Positions 1 through 13,100 are shown, counted from the first letter of the stretch. The stretch is DNA of 64,000 nucleotides from Giardia intestinalis (GCA_000002435.2 CM018793.1); one strand, 5' to 3'. A program made the numbers and translations. Notes: a model not told the origin generated them from the letters alone.

Positions 1-3000
1 CTTCTCATCTGTCATGTAAGCCTCTGAGTTCTGCCGGAGATAGCGATCAAAATAATAGACATGGGGATCTGGATAAAGCGGGTCATAGCCTCCTTGTTCA
101 AGAGCTAGGCCCTTCTCCATTGCAATGGAAAGGGACCCTGCCAATCTATCAAGGGTCTGGAATGTGAAAGCACTTGCATTTTGAGGAGGTGTGCTGTGCA
201 TTAGGTTCTCGACATCAAGGCATGCAGAGGTGAGATGCTTACTCTTAAGAGCTATATCTAAGATCCAGTTGCGTATAGAGACTGCTGGTGTGATAACTGC
301 CACAAATCTATTAAAGTTAGTGAGATCTCGCGTTGATGCTACCTTCACTATCAAATAGATAAATGATACTATCAGTAAAAATAATGATAATCCCAACAAT
401 ACTAAGCTGAATATTAAAAACTTTTTGAACTTGATCTGATAGAGATATTTGAAAATAAGAAAAAATGAGCAGTAAGAGATGCATGCTATCGCAATGAATA
501 TCGTTATATAGATCATGAACTGGCGAATGATGTATGTGTCTATATTACCAGAAGAATCTTCGACGTCAACAAGCTTCATAGATAATATCTTTTGAAGAGC
601 AGTGTCTGTTGAACCATCTGTTAAATTAAAATGAACAAATGGTTGTAAAATTATTCGTTGATAAGAGTCTGTATGGTGCTTAGAGATATATTTGTGCGTT
701 AGGGAAACAGGATTGACAAACGTGTTCCCATGATAAAAGATGTTCATAAACACGTTACGCTGACCCAGATTGGATATAATAGAGGACTTAATAAATCTTT
801 TGAAGTAAAGAAGATAAAAGTCTCTTCCATCTACTGTCTCGTCGAGGAAGCTTATGGTTTGAAGTCGAAGCATTTCAAGCATCAGCGCGCGCGAGAGCTT
901 TCTAACAGCGTATACGACCTTGTAGTAGTATAGAGAATTGAACGTTCCCAAGGACATAGCCCTTCGCATATCAGCGTCTGAATTGATCACATCGGACATA
1001 AGGTTTGTGTAAGACGGCTGAGTCTGGTTCAGAATATTATACCCATAGATCTGTTCCTCAAAATCTGCATCCATCACTGCCTTGGATAATTGAGAACGAA
1101 TAGAGTCTGGATCCGATAGTTCTGCGCTCATATTATAATTGTTATAAAGGTACACATAGTCCGTGAGAAAATCATGTGGCTTGAAGCGTGGATTCGTTGG
1201 CTGAACTAGGTCCACCAGCTCGTCGGACTTATACTGAGAGAGATGTGCCAAGAACACACCAATGGTATTTAGCCGTCTGAGCTCAGAAACAGCAGCTTCT
1301 ATCTCTCGTAGCAGTGTAGAGAAAAGCCAAGAGCGTGCTTGCATCAACTCTGTATCGATGAAAATTTCAGATATCATATCGTGCACCGTTGGTCCTGCGA
1401 GTAGGGTAGAGTACTGTGAGTAGAGTCTGTCATCCAAAGTGATGGCATAATTATGAGCTATGTGTCCGTGGAGTTCATCAAGGGACAAGGCACTCAGCTT
1501 CTCTGCCAAGTATCCACTTTTCAAGTTAGCCCTTTGCATGGAATATAGTACAGATGAAAATGACTGAATGTATATGCAGCCCAATATCTGCATTATGGAG
1601 AATAAACAGAAAATTAAGATCCCTATAAAGACAAGCAACAAATGTCGCTTGCGCCAAGTGGACCAGTCGAGAGCATCTTTAGAGGAGAGCTTCCACCGAG
1701 ATGTCTTCTCTTCTTTAAGACAACGGTGCTTTTTCTTACACACTAGAAGACTCCAACACCTATCCTTTGGATCCTCGGGGCGTGTATGGACCTGTGAGTC
1801 GAGAAGCCCTCTGTCATGAGCAAGAGAGTCGTAGCAGGGTGTCTTGGTCTTATGCATTGTAAGTTGTGTGGATTGCAGTGTTCTATCCTTTATTTTGTTG
1901 GAAAGTGAATTTGGGTTTGCTAGCTCTTTAGATTTAATGCTAAACATCGAAGTAGGCCCACACATAGGCTCTAGATGCAAATCTTGAGGGGAACCATCAG
2001 CGACATCATCTCTAATTGCCTGTAAATATGAATCAGAAGTATCACTAGTTTCTGTAACGTGCGTCATATCGTCTTTATTAACCATCGTGTGATGAAGACG
2101 AGAGTTCTGGGCGTAACCTAGTTCGCTCTGACGCATACGTCTGTCCCTTCTCTTTTGGCGGCTCAAAGGTTCCAAAAAAGGTTGACACTCAAAGGAGGAT
2201 GAACGTGCAGACATTCTAGTGTAGAGATAATATAGCTCAGTGTTACACTTTTTGAACTCACGAGAGAGAAAGCTTTTTCGCAAAACCATAGGCCTCCATA
2301 TATCGTACAGTATCACATTCCACTTGTTCTCCTGGGAAACCCTGGGCCACTGCGTTTTCGTAGCCGAGTTCCTAGTGAGAGGTGCTTTGGTGGTAGATGA
2401 GTATTTTGACGACTCTGTTTGCGAACAAGTAGCTAATCTCTGCGTAGGTAAAAAGTTTGGCAGCTTACTACCAGTGCCGACTTGCGTAGTAGACAGATGT
2501 GTGCCAACTTCCAGGTCAGTTGGAGCCACTGTGCCATCATCAAGACGCTCTTCTGGTCGATTGTCTTGTTGAGCTATAGCAATATCTAATATTTGCTTAT
2601 GCCGTTGCTGAATCCGGATGTACTTAGCAATCGTTGCACTCATCTGTGCCGTGTCGTTGACCTCATCGTCCATCGTGGAGATGTACTTCTTGAGAAGCAT
2701 CTGCATGCGCCGGCTGTACCGATCAGAATTGGTGCGGGTACCTTGTAGAACCTCTAGATCTAACTTGCTGGGGTTTGTTTCGACGTTGTTCAGCCGTTTT
2801 ATATCTCTGAGAAGACCTTCGCAATACGCTGGCAAGTTACGATGAAAAATGTCGGCTAGGCGCAGGCGCGAAATGTTATGAGATATCCAATAGGAAGCAA
2901 CTTCTTTCCTGATCTCAACCGGGAGCTTAATAAAAAGGTGAAGCAATATGGTATAGTCGCGTCGCATCTGGTTAAAGGTTACTTGCATTCTATAGGCAAA

Positions 3001-6000
3001 GACAATGACAAGAATAGCAAGAAGCCACATAATAAGTTGAACGCGGACGCTTGCGTTTAGCCGCGTGGTGTCCAAAGGAAGTAGTGGATCGGAGTGCTTG
3101 AGGAAGTAGTCCGAATACTGATGGAGAGGCTCCATAAGCTTGGAGAACTCACCCTTGTAGTATGAAAGATTCTGCCCATGTGATGGATAGGCTTTAATCA
3201 GGTCAAAAATTTGCTTCTGGATGTACACAGGCAGGGTAGAGGCTGTCCAGGTATCCATGTAGCGCGGAACCCGCGTGTAGACGTGAGTATTATACATTGG
3301 CACAGAAGGGTTCCAATGGGGATAGTAAGCATTGACATTATTGATTGCATCCTTGAGTTCTTTAAAAAAGCTATTGAGGGGTCTGATGTAATTATCAGGA
3401 AGATGGGATATACCAACAAGCATGCTATGAATCTTGTCAATAGTTTTAATGTGTCTGTCGAGGTTTCCAAGAAATGTAGCGAGCCCGTCCAGCTGCCTTA
3501 GTGGGGTAATAAATATCAACGAAAAAAAGATAGTAATAACCATTAGGTAAATAAGCCCCTCGATCACCTTCCAAGGGATAAACGAGCGTTTCTGAGTTAT
3601 TAGCTTGATGGCGCCCCTTGCCTTGTTGCCCCATGTGTTGACCAAGGCATCTAGATATTCAACCCGCGTGACACTAAGATATATAGCATTAGTAACAGGG
3701 TTCTTCTTGATGAAGCGTGAATTCTGTACTGTTGTAATTGTTCTCAGTCGTTTCATCTCATTCAGCTGATCTATATTTGATGCGTATTTCTTGATCTTAC
3801 CTCGCTCTTTGTCTAGGCCAGCGAGAACTCTCTTGCAGACAGTACCTGGCACGTTGAATATAAACTGTGCATCCTTCCCCACCAGAGGCCTTGTCTCGGC
3901 TGTTCCTATGCGCAGGCTAGATTCAACAATGAATCTATCGTCATAGACTGTCCGATCGTTCGCGAAGAGTGGATAGAGGATACGAGAGAACTTCTTTAAA
4001 GAACAAAACTTGGCCAGTACCTCATAAGAACGATATATCGTTACCTTGTTGACGTTATGCTTTATATAAAACGGAGTCCCGTCGTTTGATATAACTAGAT
4101 TGGTGTTTTTATACTTGTCTAGGAGGCGCCGATAATGGTATGAGTCTAGGGGAACGAGGGGCAAGAAGACTAGAAGCATTAGATGGAGAATGGTATGAAT
4201 TGGGTCATGCTTGTGCCGCTTCTGAATGTTTCTAAAAGAGCTGATTACTCCGTCAAATGAAGAGTGAAATTGGCATAGCGAAAGGAAGGCAAAATTGATA
4301 TCATTGTGCTGTTCCTTATAGATCTCTATGAAAAGTTGAACTATTGTTTGCGTCATAGCTAGCTCGCTTAGCTGTATGTCGCTGGTGATCTCGTTGGTAG
4401 ACCCAAGGATACTGCGCATGTGTATCTTTGCCAAGTGGAACATGGCAAGCGCTGAAGTGCGTGGAACTGAGCTGACAGTCTTTATGGCGTTTGTAAAAAG
4501 CTTCTGCAACTCGAGGGATTTGGCTCCTGGGATACTTGAAGATCTAGGATCTTTGGACACCCTCTGCCTACGTAGAAGATTCTGCTCGGGGTTCAGTTTG
4601 CCGCGGAGAAGCCTCATGTTGTTCGTCCAGGTAGCTATGACTGATGAGCCTGGCATAAGCTTTTCGTCTACCGAGATCGCTGTCACATGGGATTCTAGAA
4701 TGCGAAGATGAAGCTTTTCAATTGTCGCATCAAAGCTAGCAGCGGCTTCCTCGTCAAGGCCTCTGTCGTTGCCATTTTTCTTCATAAAAGGGTGGAGTTT
4801 GTCAAAATATTCGTCCAGCCTCGTTTGCATGTGACTCATGAGTGAATCCTTGTTTTCCAAAACGAACTTCACAAACTCCTCCTGGCTCTCACGCTTAAAG
4901 CAGATATCTTGCTGAAAGAGATTCTCAGCATCAGTGGATGTAATCCCAAAATTTAATAGATCCCCTGTTTCCTTTGCCACTGTTGCTCTATTGTTACATA
5001 TGCTTAGCAGTAGAGAGTAATATAAAAGAGCAATCACATAGGGATTCGACCAGTGAGCCTCCAGGACAAAACATATCTCTCTGATGAAACAATACTGGAG
5101 CACATTTGAAGAGCTAAAAACCTTTTGGCCTGAGAAAGTAGTGTGCAGAATCTTGTATTTGTAAAAGTTACTAATATATGCGCAGACTACTAGGACATCC
5201 TCAAGTCGACGAAAGTAGAGTCCAGGGTTTTTAGTGGGAGAAAGACCCCTTCTATTGTTGTGATCGCGCATATATGATTTGATCAAGATCTTGTCTAGAA
5301 ATGTTAAGCGATTGAAGTCAGCAAGCATTTTGAGAAACGAGAGCACAGGGACGTTTCTGGCTGCATTGAGCCCTTGGAAGTCACGGATATACTGCTCAGA
5401 ATTGTGTAGCCTTCTAGTTTTTTCAAATATTCGCCACTCCTTGGCGACCTGCTTCTCGTGAAGAAGCTCTGTAAACTTCAGGTCCACATAGTTGCCATGT
5501 TCATCGTATTCAGTCCTCGGGAGTAACGGTACAGATATTACTTCAGTTCCACGTGTGAAGTGGAACTGCAAAGGAGCAGACTGACTGTTGTCTCCTTTAG
5601 CTTGTGACATCTGGTATGCCCCAGTGTTGCCCACTCGTTTGAAGTTGGTAACGGATATTACTGGGGAAAAGGCATCAGCTCTCGAGTGTGCATGACGCGA
5701 CCACTGATCTGACTGGATAAGCCTGTCTCGGTGCGACCGCGAGTTCAGATACGCTCTTCCTGAAATGCGCATAAACGGATAGCTGACTAAAATCCAAAGA
5801 AAGTAGAGCAAGGTTGTCAAAGAAAGAACCAGTTTTGAAGAGCTGCTCAACGGAGCCATAATTTCCACCACCGGAAAAGGCTCAGAGTTCGCCAGTTGTA
5901 AGTCCTCGCTTCTATGGGTATATCCGTGGCTATTGGCCTCATAGCTATTCTCATCTGCAGCTCCTGTACCATGGGGAACCACCTGCGTGCTTGCACGAAC

Positions 6001-7026
6001 GTTCATACCACCTACGGCCAAGAATCGGATAGTGCGCTCGATCAAGTGCCTGAATTGAAAGTTGGTAAAAAGAAACGACGCCTCTATTAAACTGAAGATT
6101 ATGAGTATTTGTACCGGAATTGATGGTATCGGCCAGTTTGCACCGTAGGCAAGATGCAGAAAGCACACAAATGTAATGATGACGGAGAAGAAGATGGACG
6201 CGAGATTCTGAAAGAGGGAGAGGAAAATAGATGTACTTATGCAGTAAAGACAAAAGAACGTGGACACGAGACACAAAAGTACAGACATGAGGATCTCAGA
6301 ATGTCCATAGTAGTATGGATAGTGAAGAATTTCAAACAACTTAATGAAAACACAGAGAAACAGGTGTGGTAGAAGCAAGTAGCCGTTGGTTATAATGACA
6401 GGACTCTTTATATCATAGTCAGACCAGTGTAGATGCACGATACTTAGAATTGCTAGCGCGAAAAAGCCCAACAGCGGAACAGAGACGTAGATCCAAAAAG
6501 GAACGAGGTATTGGTACACATTTGAAAAGTTTCCATCTATCTTCAGCGTAAGTGAGTTCTGGAGTTTGCTGAGTAAGAGTGGTGGAAGCGTAACAAGGTT
6601 TCTACTACCTATACGACTAAGAATGAGAAAGGATGGATAGAAGAGATTGAGTACGGGTATAATCAAAGGAAACGAAGCAAACGCAAAGAAGAACTGGATA
6701 TTTGAGATAACTGAGTGATTGGTCCTTTTATAGAATAGCAAGACTAAAAAGCATACCAAAAGTATATTTCCGAGAGTAGCTGCAATAAGGGCTATAACTA
6801 AATAGACATCCCATCGCTGCACATATATGAATGATATTGGATTGTTGATTTCGGCCGCGAGGAGAAAGTTCATCTGAAAAGCCGAGCAGGGTAGATTTGT
6901 GAGGCACGTTAGAAGCTGCATGGTAAGGATGACACTCAGTATAACAGTGAGAAAGGAGTTCTGGATGCGAGAAACAGCGTGTAGCTGGCTTGTCTTGTAC
7001 TCATGCCCCCGCCAAATCTTTCTCAT
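1..7026 (-). CDS. Giant polytopic membrane protein, partial (N-terminus at 7026, C-terminus beyond window start; >2340 aa in window). Hypothetical.
   Basis: Manual translation of the minus strand from the ATG at 7024-7026 reads open to position 1 with no stop. A complete ORF is absent from the track because no stop falls in the window. There are about 8 hydrophobic TM segments in the first 300 aa. Further TM clusters lie at aa ~1000-1200, ~1790 and ~2130-2200, separated by large soluble regions. It is divergently paired with the 7116 gene across an 89-bp spacer. Confidence 0.6.
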   Translation of the reverse strand, partial: MRKIWRGHEYKTSQLHAVSRIQNSFLTVILSVILTMQLLTCLTNLPCSAFQMNFLLAAEINNPISFIYVQRWDVYLVIALIAATLGNILLVCFLVLLFYKRTNHSVISNIQFFFAFASFPLIIPVLNLFYPSFLILSRIGSRNLVTLPPLLLSKLQNSLTLKIDGNFSNVYQYLVPFWIYVSVPLLGFFALAILSIVHLHWSDYDIKSPVIITNGYLLLPHLFLCVFIKLFEILHYPYYYGHSEILMSVLLCLVSTFFCLYCISTSIFLSLFQNLASIFFSVIITFVCFLHLAYGANWPIPSIPVQILIIFSLIEASFLFTNFQFRHLIERTIRFLAVGGMNVRASTQVVPHGTGAADENSYEANSHGYTHRSEDLQLANSEPFPVVEIMAPLSSSSKLVLSLTTLLYFLWILVSYPFMRISGRAYLNSRSHRDRLIQSDQWSRHAHSRADAFSPVISVTNFKRVGNTGAYQMSQAKGDNSQSAPLQFHFTRGTEVISVPLLPRTEYDEHGNYVDLKFTELLHEKQVAKEWRIFEKTRRLHNSEQYIRDFQGLNAARNVPVLSFLKMLADFNRLTFLDKILIKSYMRDHNNRRGLSPTKNPGLYFRRLEDVLVVCAYISNFYKYKILHTTFSGQKVFSSSNVLQYCFIREICFVLEAHWSNPYVIALLYYSLLLSICNNRATVAKETGDLLNFGITSTDAENLFQQDICFKRESQEEFVKFVLENKDSLMSHMQTRLDEYFDKLHPFMKKNGNDRGLDEEAAASFDATIEKLHLRILESHVTAISVDEKLMPGSSVIATWTNNMRLLRGKLNPEQNLLRRQRVSKDPRSSSIPGAKSLELQKLFTNAIKTVSSVPRTSALAMFHLAKIHMRSILGSTNEITSDIQLSELAMTQTIVQLFIEIYKEQHNDINFAFLSLCQFHSSFDGVISSFRNIQKRHKHDPIHTILHLMLLVFLPLVPLDSYHYRRLLDKYKNTNLVISNDGTPFYIKHNVNKVTIYRSYEVLAKFCSLKKFSRILYPLFANDRTVYDDRFIVESSLRIGTAETRPLVGKDAQFIFNVPGTVCKRVLAGLDKERGKIKKYASNIDQLNEMKRLRTITTVQNSRFIKKNPVTNAIYLSVTRVEYLDALVNTWGNKARGAIKLITQKRSFIPWKVIEGLIYLMVITIFFSLIFITPLRQLDGLATFLGNLDRHIKTIDKIHSMLVGISHLPDNYIRPLNSFFKELKDAINNVNAYYPHWNPSVPMYNTHVYTRVPRYMDTWTASTLPVYIQKQIFDLIKAYPSHGQNLSYYKGEFSKLMEPLHQYSDYFLKHSDPLLPLDTTRLNASVRVQLIMWLLAILVIVFAYRMQVTFNQMRRDYTILLHLFIKLPVEIRKEVASYWISHNISRLRLADIFHRNLPAYCEGLLRDIKRLNNVETNPSKLDLEVLQGTRTNSDRYSRRMQMLLKKYISTMDDEVNDTAQMSATIAKYIRIQQRHKQILDIAIAQQDNRPEERLDDGTVAPTDLEVGTHLSTTQVGTGSKLPNFLPTQRLATCSQTESSKYSSTTKAPLTRNSATKTQWPRVSQENKWNVILYDIWRPMVLRKSFLSREFKKCNTELYYLYTRMSARSSSFECQPFLEPLSRQKRRDRRMRQSELGYAQNSRLHHTMVNKDDMTHVTETSDTSDSYLQAIRDDVADGSPQDLHLEPMCGPTSMFSIKSKELANPNSLSNKIKDRTLQSTQLTMHKTKTPCYDSLAHDRGLLDSQVHTRPEDPKDRCWSLLVCKKKHRCLKEEKTSRWKLSSKDALDWSTWRKRHLLLVFIGILIFCLFSIMQILGCIYIQSFSSVLYSMQRANLKSGYLAEKLSALSLDELHGHIAHNYAITLDDRLYSQYSTLLAGPTVHDMISEIFIDTELMQARSWLFSTLLREIEAAVSELRRLNTIGVFLAHLSQYKSDELVDLVQPTNPRFKPHDFLTDYVYLYNNYNMSAELSDPDSIRSQLSKAVMDADFEEQIYGYNILNQTQPSYTNLMSDVINSDADMRRAMSLGTFNSLYYYKVVYAVRKLSRALMLEMLRLQTISFLDETVDGRDFYLLYFKRFIKSSIISNLGQRNVFMNIFYHGNTFVNPVSLTHKYISKHHTDSYQRIILQPFVHFNLTDGSTDTALQKILSMKLVDVEDSSGNIDTYIIRQFMIYITIFIAIACISYCSFFLIFKYLYQIKFKKFLIFSLVLLGLSLFLLIVSFIYLIVKVASTRDLTNFNRFVAVITPAVSIRNWILDIALKSKHLTSACLDVENLMHSTPPQNASAFTFQTLDRLAGSLSIAMEKGLALEQGGYDPLYPDPHVYYFDRYLRQNSEAYMTDEK

Positions 7027-7115
7027 TCAAATAATTTTTTGAAAATGTACTGATGTGAAACGAAAAGAAAAAGGAACGCCATTGACCCAGCGCTAAGGGT
7101 GTTCAGCTAGACACC

Positions 7116-10100
7116 ATGGTATCTCAGATAGTTGCTTGGCCGCCAGAGGCAATGGCTGTCATAGATGATTTGTCCAGAAAGTGTCTCTTCCAAAGGAAAT
7201 TGATAATTCAGATTTCTGACAAGCACGCTGCGGAAAGGGAGCTTTTCGTGGAGAAGTTTAGGCAGTACAGGGAGCAGGTTGAAGAGTACATCAAAAAGTT
7301 GCAGACTTCTTACGCTGAAACTCTTATCGATTTGATTTCAAATAGAGAAAACATTTTATCGCAGCTGCAATGTGATGACGAGACCGATCCACAACGGAAT
7401 CAAACATCAGAACAGCAGCCATCTCTCCTTCTAGAGGATGATCATCAGGCAGCAAACTCGAGCTCCTACAGGCAACTATTAGCTAAGTTGCGTGCTGAGC
7501 TAGACCCAAGTGTTTCCAAGGATGTGGATCTCTCCTCATCCGTAGATGTTGTTGGCTCGTTGGCTTTACAGCAGCACTTGGACACACCACTCTCCAAGCT
7601 CCAAGAACAGTTTGTGACATCGCTTCTACAGCATGATTTTAATGATCAGGTTCGGTGCATTGCTGAAGAATACCGCCTGTTGCTACGTGAGTCTACGGAA
7701 AAGTACACAGAGGCAAAGCTCTCTTTAGAACAAGTCCAACTTGCGTTAAGAGCAAAGGAATCCGAAAACACTGTTCTCCGCGCTAAGCTAAAAAAGTACA
7801 TTATGATGGACGGAGGTCTAAGGAAGATTGGCAACGAGGTGGTCAATTTCAACTCCATCGTCTCAAACGCCCTTTCCGGCGCTCCAATACGAACCTCAAT
7901 TAGCACAGAAAAGAAGAACTCCTCCAAGTCGCGCATTACAAGAAGATCAGTTTCCTTAGCTGCTATGGGGCGGTCTGCAACGGTGGGCTCCCTGCGGTTT
8001 TCTGACCCTGATATCATTCTCTCTCATGCCACGATGATAGCAGAAAAGTGCGATAATGGACTAGATGGAAGGACACTAGATGAGCCTATGGGTCCTAAGC
8101 CCGAGTACCACTTTCGAAAGACGCGACACAGGAAGCTTATAGAGCACCCGGATAGTCAGGAATTCCGAGGAACACCTATTGCTCCAACTAATAGTATAGT
8201 AATCAATGTGCCATGTTCTTCGGCCACCCAATTAGATATGACAGCAGAACTCCGGAGAAGCGTAGAGCACAATGCCCCTTGTAGCCTCTCTGCTACCGAT
8301 TATTCACAGGCAAATGCAAATACGACAGTAGTTAGATGTACGCTATCCGATGCTCACTCGGGAATCATGCTTGAAGACCTTCAATCACTCACCGACGCAG
8401 AGAGAGATACAGCTTCTCTCAGATTAGCAACAGTTGCGGTGGGTGATGAGATTCCCTACCAGAGTATCTCAATCACTACAACCCATGATTTTGAGATTCG
8501 TGGGGAGCAAGTTGTACTGACACAATATAATGATCCTCTTTTAACTTGTCCTAACCCAGATCTCAAGTCGTCTATGGACAGCCTTTCCAGCTTGTCCACG
8601 TGTCCCGAAAATAGTCAGTCAATCTTCCAGTCTATCGGAGACACCCTTAAGTCTCTCTTAGTTAGGGCAGACTCCACATCCAAGACACCCAAATCTTATC
8701 CAGTCCGCTCTACCATAGATTCCTGCGAGACTGCCAAAGAAACTGACGACAAGCTCACTGACTTCTGTACCGCACAAATCTCGTTAGCGGACGCAAAGGC
8801 TCAACGACTACGCATGTATCATCTGATGCGATCTGCTGTCAATAAACAGACCTCTGCCGATGAGGATGTTCTCTCTCAATCGGCAGTAAAGCTACTCAAA
8901 GACTTTTCTGCACCACCTAACTTTTCTGTGGAGATACCTAAACCATGCGCATCCAATACCAATAACTTGCAAACAGGCCTTTTATTGCAGGTAGATAAGT
9001 GCGCACTAAAGGTAGAAAATGAAGCTGGGGAAATAGAAACGCAGGTGTTCTACGACAAAAAGATTCATACATCAGTGCTACCATTTTTGATGTCAACCAA
9101 TATTACGCACCGGCAATTGATCGAAAGACTTAGTCTTCTCGAAAAACGACGCAAAGAGCATGATAGCGAGCTTGTTAATTCACATGCCCTTATGAGCGCC
9201 GCAATAGCAGAGCGCAGAGAGGCCGTTTTGGGAAAAGAACGCCTTGAACGCCAGATGCTTGCAGTCATCAAGGAACGTGACGTTCTCATGCAGAGCTATG
9301 AAAACCGATTGAACAGCCTGCAATTCAACCTTAAGGACTCTACTGAGCGTGCTACCGTACTCCACCGGGAATGCGCCGAACTAGGTGCCAATCTCCAAGC
9401 AGAAAAGGAACGATATTTTCTTCTAGAGGAGAAGTACGATAGGCTGGCCACCACAGTGCGAGAAGATGTCTTAAGCGAAATGAAGCAAATCGAGAACGCA
9501 ACCATTGGTCGCTTACAAGCAGATATTGTGTTCTATAAAGACAATCTTCAATTGTCGGAAGCACGAATCATTGAGTTAGCAAGGATAAACACTCGCCTGG
9601 AGCAGACAAATAGTGAGCTCAAGGTGGATGTACTTAAGCAGACCTTGCACAAGGACCAGCTGAAGCAAAGGCTGCGTGACGAGCTGATTATTGAATATGG
9701 TAGGCGCATACACACTCTCGAGGAACAAATTGAGCAAGATGAGAAAAGATACAACGAAAAACTGAAGGAGGTCGGAGAACTTACAGATGCCATTTACAGA
9801 TTGAGGGCTGACCTGGACTTCCTAACTGAAGAGAACGCACACATGCATGTCAGTATGCATTCTCTTAGCACAGAAATGGCTGACATGGTTCAAAAGCATC
9901 ATACAAGTGAGTCTGATAGAAGGGCTCTTTATGTAAAATATTCTAATCTGCAGCAAGAGGCCACTGCCCTAAGAACAGAGAGAGATGCATTAGCAACAGA
10001 GCTCACAACAGTAACAACCACGCGCGAGGAACAGACAGCCGCGCTTCAACAGATAATAGATGCATATCGAGTTAAGTATCTTTTGGCCTTAAAGCGCACG

Positions 10101-13100
10101 ACTTCTTCTGGTAAAGACGCAGATTCGTTGTGTCTTATGGTAGAAAAGGTGCACAACCACGCTAATTCCGTGTTATTAGAAAATGCTAAGGAGCTGGAAG
10201 AACTCAATGACTATTCTTCTAGGCTCAAAGAGCTTCAGAATGATACTAGGCAACAGAGTAGGTGCTCTTATGATAGCTTCTCATTTTCTCGCGACAATAG
10301 ATCTGCCTCAGGCCTGTTTTGCAACAAGCATGTCACAATTAATCTGGACCAACTGACGGAAATAAAGGAAACACCTCTTTCTAGAAAGGTGTTCAAAAGC
10401 GAAAATTTAAATGGAAGCGATGTGGAGGATGTATTTCAATCTCCAGATGGGAGTACAATATCTGATGTGTCTACCTTATGTGACAAGGACCTTTCCATTG
10501 GTACTAGTAAGCAAGATGTTAGCGCACACCAAGCACTCCTTCAACACAGGCGCAGAAAAAGCGTGACTGTCAACAGCGGCATTGTAGTCACCAACCAAAC
10601 TATCGGCTTAACGTACTCTGGTCTTAAGGTTGAGTCTGCCGTAGGCGTGTCCGGTGTTGCAGCACTAGGAGTTGCAGTACAAACAGAGGCACAGAGCCTT
10701 CTAGTCACTCGAGGCGTTAATTGTCGTGTTGAAAATTCTATGGAAACAATAGGAATTCAAGTTGCATTGCCCTTAGTTTCCGTGTTAAGTGACTCTGACC
10801 TTCTGGCGGAAGCGTATGATCAAGTCGAGAGGCTACGCATGGAGAAGCGGGTGGAGGCAGATTCTCACGGTGCAGTCATGAAGACTGCGCGTGACCGAAT
10901 GCAGTCTTTAGAAACAGAGCTACTCTCTCAGGTTCATACTAAGGAGACCCTTGCAGCTACAGTAGCAGATTTAAAGCAGCAGCTTGACACACTGAACAGA
11001 GAATATTCTAGCTACCGGCAGCAACACGAATCAGCTTCGATGTTTGCCTTGCAAACATCTCCTTCTGGTGCTGCACAGACAGTATCCATAGCGATGATTG
11101 AGAAACTCTCACACGACATCATTGACGCCATTGCCAATCAAGAGCAAGAATTACTGCGTAAGATCTCTCTGCTTAGTAATCATCTTTCTTCACTCCTGGA
11201 TTCCAGAATAGCTAATATTACAATATCGGCAGGTGTCCTCAATTCACCTCAACTCCAAGGTGCAATGCTAGATAGTCCCAGGACATCTACTTTAGCAGAA
11301 CCTCTATCGAATAAAGCCACTGAAACTAGCATATTCATCGTAGCTGCACGTGTATCTTGTGGAACCCAGACTACGCTATATTCCAATGTGGTGTCAGACA
11401 ACTCTAACTGCAAGAAGATAGAAGAGTGTGGCTTGACTCGATTAGCTCCTCCCAGTACAGCAGACCCTCAAATTGATGTGCATGCGTCTCAGCTAGATAT
11501 AAATTACGAGCTATTCGACTCAGCTACAGATTTACCTGCTTCAGAAGGTTCAGGGAATGGTTGCAATATCTTGCTGTCCTTCGATGCAGATCAGCGAGCG
11601 CCTATTCCAAATCATGAATGTCCTCTAAAGGGAATGGACCCCCCTGCAAATACCCTTCTCTCGACAATCACAGATACAAATGAGGATGATTCTGCCGCAT
11701 TTGTTAAGCCTCGCATCCACGAGCAAGACCTATCTGCAAAATCTCCAGGTGCTCCTGCAGCAGTCACATTCGTGCATCGAGCTGGCGAACTTTCGCATCT
11801 AATGACAAACTGGGCAAATGAAGAACAGGATACTCTAAGAGATCAAGAGCATGATACAATCTCCACTACTTCTAGGTGTACACTACCATCTCAGTCCTTC
11901 TTTGATGGTTCAGTTAGACAATATGAAGCCGATTCTAATTACCCTACAAGCAACGATCCACCCTGTTTGCTGGGCAGTGTCCTGCACACATCTGTTCCGC
12001 AAGATAACCATTCGCTGTACTCCTCGCAATCAAGTAGCTCCTCTGTAATGCAGTTTTCTTTCAAGACAGAAGAGCTCCTAGTGGCAACAACTAACTTAGA
12101 TGAAGATCCGGTCGAGGCAAGACAACATTCTATTGAAGAGTACTATTACGCCAACGAGTCAAGGTTCAATCATGCGCTAGTGAAGATCAATGCTACCAAC
12201 CACGCTCACACTGACCTTGCTACGTCTAATACGCGCTGCAAAGCGGTGGTAACGATTGATATAGAACTTAACATGTTACGATTAGCGTGTAGCGGAGACC
12301 TAATTTTGCCTGAGTCACATGACGACTTCTGTATTGAAAATGATGAGCTTTCACCGATAGCTCTTTTAGAATCTCTCGGCATCTTTGAACAAGAGAACAT
12401 TTGCAAATATTGCGGAGCGTATAAGGACCTGGATCGATATTCTTCCATGAACATAGAAAGATATGCGGTTGCTATGCAACAAGCTCATGAACGCAAAGAG
12501 ACTGAAGTGCTATCTCTGCCTGAAAAACCCAACTACGTCGATGCCTTAGAGGAGTTGGAGACTTTCAGCAACGAGCAGAAGATTGGAATGAAACTTCAGC
12601 CGATTTCGGCACCACAAAATCCTATTCTTCTCGATAAGTATGCACACTATCCCCTGATGACCTCGTCGCTGCTTCTCAAGCGTCATCTATGCAATGAAAA
12701 AGGAGGCGTTCCCGGCAAGCGCCTATGTATTGGCTGCCCTATCATTACCACTAACAAGGTTGAGTACATTGACTCTTTAAACGCATATGCATTCGCCCAT
12801 GACTATGAGCGGGAACGTGATAAGTTAACTCTTGAAGATTGGTATTGCTCATCAATTCGCCGAGAGCAGTTACATCAAGAGATTTTGTCCAAGTATGATA
12901 ACCTTCCCATTCCTAGGCGCGATTCTGCCGCTGGGCTGATGCCAAGCAAAGGTCTTGCTTACGCTGACATACCATATTCTGCCAGCAAACTTCAAGTAGC
13001 CACGATCATCGAGGTCCTCCACCAACGCCTAGACGAGTTACAGCGGCTAAATGGAATCCTCTTGTTTGATAATAAAGCATTGCAGGTCAAGCTTTGCGAG

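Noticed and set aside
730-6372. Small plus- and minus-strand ORFs listed by the track in 1-7026
   Set aside because: They lie in alternative frames of the large minus-strand gene that runs open from 7026 to the window edge.
7646-9793. Series of 60-123 aa minus-strand ORFs inside the 7116..13910 coiled-coil gene, and similar antisense ORFs inside the ABC transporter, MutS, Sfi1-like and ankyrin genes
   Set aside because: They are nested within long, well-supported CDSs on the other strand. They are short and lack start context.
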